Source: a virus. From it: a stretch of 64,000 bases of DNA. The translations under genes were made by a program, and so were the position numbers. Numbering within the stretch: the first letter of the stretch is position 1; each line of letters starts with the position of its first letter. The notes beneath the pieces were generated by a model, which was not told where the DNA came from, did no database searches, and saw only the letters and a program-made list of their open reading frames with translations. The DNA is taken from IMG/VR virus record IMGVR_UViG_3300021963_000067, positions 1 to 64,000 of that record; one strand, 5' to 3'. Below are positions 60,612 to 64,000 of this stretch, piece by piece.

Positions 60612-61541
60612 ATGACATATAATACTGAAAATATTTGGAACAAGCTGTTAAATTTAAAAAATCTTCCGTTTGGAAGTGCATTAAGTATCTATGATCCAAC
60701 TCTTGAGACGGAGGTATCTGATATTATTTCTAAAGTATCTGCTCAGAGATGTCTAACTGATATTAACGTACAAGAAAAATTTCTTAACAGATATTATAAC
60801 TGGATACAGGAAACTCAACTCAATACTTTCAACGGATTGGAGAATTTTAAAGTTCGAGCATTTTCCAATGGAACTACTGAATCGTTTGATAAATTCTATC
60901 TTAAAAATAAACAACGTCGAATAAGATATTTTCGAGGTGAATATCTATATCACTTGGCATCGGCTAGTAGTTATTTCGATCAATCGGCATATCTTGATGA
61001 CGAACCGCTATCTAAGAATGATGTTGTCATATTCAGTTTGCCATTTGCAGATACTGGAAATGAACATCCGGAAATGAAAAAAGTATTAACTATTTGCGAA
61101 AAGTTAGATATTCCGGTCATGATCGATTGTTGTTATTTTGGAGTATGCAAAAATATTCATTTTGATTTTTCTTACAAATGCATATATGGAATAACTTTTA
61201 GTTTGAGTAAAATTTTCTCAGTACAACACTTAAGAATTGGTATGAGACTTACTAGAGAAGACGACGATGATCCGTTATTGGTCTACAATAGAAATAGATA
61301 TACTAATCGATTAGGAGCGGCTGTTGGATTTGAGTTGCTCGAACGATATGGTCCGGATTATAATCAACACACATACAGTTCTACTCAGCAGGAATTTTGT
61401 GAACAATTATCAGTGCATGCCAGCAATTGTGTGTTTTTTGCTAATAGTTCGGATAAATTTTTAGAATATAGCAGAGGAACAGCAAACAATAGATTATGTT
61501 TTTCTAGGTACCTTAAATTTGGGGAACTGCCACAGGTTTAA
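60612..61541 (+). CDS. PLP-dependent (fold type I-like) enzyme
   Basis: NGTTE, IDCCY, FSLSK, LRIG. Confidence 0.6.
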   Translation: MTYNTENIWNKLLNLKNLPFGSALSIYDPTLETEVSDIISKVSAQRCLTDINVQEKFLNRYYNWIQETQLNTFNGLENFKVRAFSNGTTESFDKFYLKNKQRRIRYFRGEYLYHLASASSYFDQSAYLDDEPLSKNDVVIFSLPFADTGNEHPEMKKVLTICEKLDIPVMIDCCYFGVCKNIHFDFSYKCIYGITFSLSKIFSVQHLRIGMRLTREDDDDPLLVYNRNRYTNRLGAAVGFELLERYGPDYNQHTYSSTQQEFCEQLSVHASNCVFFANSSDKFLEYSRGTANNRLCFSRYLKFGELPQV

Positions 61542-62700
61542 CGTAATGCCATTTAGTTTTACAAGTATTAAACAATCCTCTAACTTTTCCAGGAAGTTGA
61601 TATCCGTTAGATTCTGTTATAATAAATTTTTCATTTATCTGAGAAAGAAATTCTGAATTAACATTTATAAAAGTATTTCTTTCTAATTCAAATTCTGGAT
61701 GATTAAAAATCCAAGATTGTTTATCTGCTCGATCTGCTTGCATCGGTTTATCTGATTGAAAATTTCCGTTCCATGTAGTATATATTACTGATTTAGTAAT
61801 ATTACTTTGAATAGATATCAGAACGTTTTTTTCTTGTGGCGTTAAGTTGACGGAATCATTGTTAAAAAAGAACTGTTTTATTTCAGGATGTTGGTCTACA
61901 TAACTGCACAACACGTGAGCCTGCTCTAACGGAATATTCGGCATTTTTGGAGTCCAATAAAAATATTCGATAGAATTTCTATTATAATCCATTGCATTTC
62001 CTACTCCAACTGCTGTGTCTAAAAAACAACATAACCAGTTTCCGTTTATAGAAGCAACAATAGGTTTATCTATTCCGTAAATACATGCAACACGTTTGCC
62101 TTTATCCAACAATAACATTTCATTTTTTGATGAGGAAAGAGTGAATCCTATCTCTACATCATTCCATACATTAGCTTTTCTAAAATTATCCTCAACATAA
62201 ATTTTAGAAGTGAAATTTTCAGACCAGTCTACGATTTCTATTTTAATTTCTGGACGAGTTTGATTTAACCAATCGAGAACTGGTTTTATAGCATAGTCCC
62301 ATTCGCTGAGATAGTTAAAGGCACTAGTGTCTATGGTGTTGGGAGTATATAGTTTTTTATCAACAGTCAACATGGGCCACTTAACACATACTTCATCTAG
62401 TTTGATATTGTTATCTATAAATGTTCTTAATATATTATAACTGTCAGAACCTCCTGAAAAATACAATATTAAATAATCATATTCATCTCTTAACTGTTGA
62501 GCTCGTTGTTTATATAAATCATTTAAATTTTGCTTGCCCAACAACGCTTTGTTATATTGTTCAAATACATTGTCATAGAAATGAAATGATATATCAGCAT
62601 TAAGCTGTGTTGCACTTGTTAAAGCATCAAACTTATTATAAAATTTGGTTCCTAATACTTTCCAAAATACATGATCATTAAATTCAAAATTATTCAACAT
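61513..62700 (-). CDS. PP-loop family protein (paralog of 59426-60583)
   Basis: RAQQLRD...FSGGSDS. Confidence 0.7.
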   Translation of the reverse strand: MLNNFEFNDHVFWKVLGTKFYNKFDALTSATQLNADISFHFYDNVFEQYNKALLGKQNLNDLYKQRAQQLRDEYDYLILYFSGGSDSYNILRTFIDNNIKLDEVCVKWPMLTVDKKLYTPNTIDTSAFNYLSEWDYAIKPVLDWLNQTRPEIKIEIVDWSENFTSKIYVEDNFRKANVWNDVEIGFTLSSSKNEMLLLDKGKRVACIYGIDKPIVASINGNWLCCFLDTAVGVGNAMDYNRNSIEYFYWTPKMPNIPLEQAHVLCSYVDQHPEIKQFFFNNDSVNLTPQEKNVLISIQSNITKSVIYTTWNGNFQSDKPMQADRADKQSWIFNHPEFELERNTFINVNSEFLSQINEKFIITESNGYQLPGKVRGLFNTCKTKWHYVKPVAVPQI

Positions 62701-63328
62701 ACTTGGATTCTAATACGTTAATATGATCGGGAAAGGTATTTCTGCTTATTTGAATAGAAATCCTTGGGGAGATTATATTCTCAACGCTATGTAATATATT
62801 GGTATTTAGACAGATCCAGCGATGCTCAGGAACACGCACTCTGGCAACTTCTTGCAGTGTTGAATAATCAGTTATTGCATCAGTTAGGTTAAAATTATTT
62901 TTAAGTTCTAGTCTTTCTAACGGTTTGTTTTTTTCTTGCCACCAAACGGTATCTGCATCAGTGCCGCCAGCCTCTAAAAGATAATGAATAGAAAAGTTTC
63001 GATTTGCATCAACGTGTGGTGCAACAACATAGTCGACAGATGCTTCAAATATATTAATTCCGCATCCGATAGGATCTTGTTTAAAGTGAAGCTTTACCCA
63101 TTCTTCAAACTCTTCACTAATCCAATATCGATAACTACCTGCATTTTTTAGTTGCTTTCCTTCGTCTGTAATAACCGTTCGATTACTATATTCATTGTAT
63201 CCAGGTTGTTCTAATAATTTTGGATTCACTCTGCTTTCTCGTTGACGAGAGACTAATGCGGTGTTAGCTGCATTGATAACAGAGGCCGGTAGCTGTGGAA
63301 GATCTAAGAAGGAATAGATAAAAGTCAT
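62690..63328 (-). CDS. Putative 2OG-Fe(II)/cupin oxygenase (paralog of 40307-40945)
   Basis: PHVDANRNF...LHSVEN...R. Confidence 0.6.
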   Translation of the reverse strand: MTFIYSFLDLPQLPASVINAANTALVSRQRESRVNPKLLEQPGYNEYSNRTVITDEGKQLKNAGSYRYWISEEFEEWVKLHFKQDPIGCGINIFEASVDYVVAPHVDANRNFSIHYLLEAGGTDADTVWWQEKNKPLERLELKNNFNLTDAITDYSTLQEVARVRVPEHRWICLNTNILHSVENIISPRISIQISRNTFPDHINVLESKYVE

Positions 63329-63375
63329 GTGTAAATCCTATGATTCATATTTATTCGATATTTTTACATCAACAA

Positions 63376-64000
63376 CTATTTTTTTAGATTTTGTTTTAAA
63401 AACATAGATACTGCATCACGAGCGTTTATGTCATCGTACGTATTGGCATGACCCGTACCACTAAGTTCAACGGTTGTTAGCGATCCATCAACTCTCCCGT
63501 TCGAACATCTCGATTTTGATTGTCCAAACCACGGATCGATACTGTATGAGATTGTAAGGCTCTTTACGCCTTGTTCAAATCCGATGCCTGTAAAACAAAA
63601 ACCGCTTGACAAAACTATCCCACGGATGCCTTTTATTCGAGTTCGAGCAAGAGCCTCTGCTCCTTCACTGTGCCCCATAAAAAATATGTTATCAACGTCC
63701 ACCCATGACAATTTTTTAAGCTCAAGCATTGCATACGCAATCTCTTGTTCTCGATATGGAATTGCCATTGGGAACCTATGAGACACTGTATTGGTTGTAG
63801 AGTTGCAATTAGAAACTCTTTTCGGCCTTGCAAAGCTATCAGGTAGTATCACAACAAATCCAAGATTGGCTAAATGTCGTCCCCACTGTTGATCATGATA
63901 AGACTGTATGCCTGCGCAACCATGTAGATATATAACTACAGGATATTTTTGGTCTAATTTTATATTTTTAATTCTTTTTGAAAAATTACTTTCCGGAATA
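63376..64000 (-). CDS. Dienelactone-hydrolase-like alpha/beta hydrolase, 5' end beyond window
   Basis: Frame stays open upstream of 63852 (PVVIYLHGCAG); nucleophile elbow GHSEG; DPW; GH. Confidence 0.8.
   Translation of the reverse strand, partial: IPESNFSKRIKNIKLDQKYPVVIYLHGCAGIQSYHDQQWGRHLANLGFVVILPDSFARPKRVSNCNSTTNTVSHRFPMAIPYREQEIAYAMLELKKLSWVDVDNIFFMGHSEGAEALARTRIKGIRGIVLSSGFCFTGIGFEQGVKSLTISYSIDPWFGQSKSRCSNGRVDGSLTTVELSGTGHANTYDDINARDAVSMFLKQNLKK

Noticed and set aside
1-64000. CRISPR array or regularly spaced DNA repeats
   Set aside because: None seen by eye; repeats present are degenerate protein-level fibre repeats
33552-64000. Classical RiPP (lasso/graspetide) cluster
   Set aside because: No convincing precursor peptide, RRE or leader peptidase found; intergenic spaces are too short
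33552-64000. Island being host chromosome flanking a prophage
   Set aside because: No integrase or housekeeping operons; phage fibre and early genes lie inside it; genes carry the same TAAATA motif as structural genes
1-64000. Stop-codon reassignment
   Set aside because: Standard-code ORFs tile the window densely, and TAA, TAG and TGA all end genes at sensible positions

Overview
This window is about 64 kb of a large, T4-like (myovirus-type) tailed-phage genome. The Bug/TctC and IscU/IscA genes suggest a betaproteobacterial host (inference). From 1 to 33.5 kb it is a dense, almost entirely minus-strand backbone: a cytidylyltransferase, MazG-like protein, GroES, a stand-alone DnaE fragment, a baseplate/tail-fibre block (including an S8 protease and a 2444-aa fibre), IscA/IscU/SOD/UvsE, KdsA with a glycosyltransferase, QueD and ThyX. 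The backbone ends in an unusual 111-nt tRNA-like RNA. From 33.5 kb to the end, interrupted only by a tail-fibre/phosphatase block at 54.1-57.2 kb, lies a visibly AT-richer, strand-switching island of about 35 small-molecule tailoring genes. These are two B12-type radical SAM enzymes, about nine HxD...H 2OG-Fe(II)-like oxygenases, five PP-loop (SGGxDS) enzymes, two ATP-grasp ligases, a Rieske oxygenase, two membrane desaturase/hydroxylases, a heme-oxygenase-like protein, a sulfotransferase with an APS-kinase fusion, two SDRs, a PLP enzyme, a hydrolase and two Bug/TctC receptors. Most island transcription units are preceded by the TAAATA late-type motif. This late-expressed, phage-encoded biosynthetic/modification island is the best candidate for an undescribed system. 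All family assignments come from motif recognition by eye; no searches were run.
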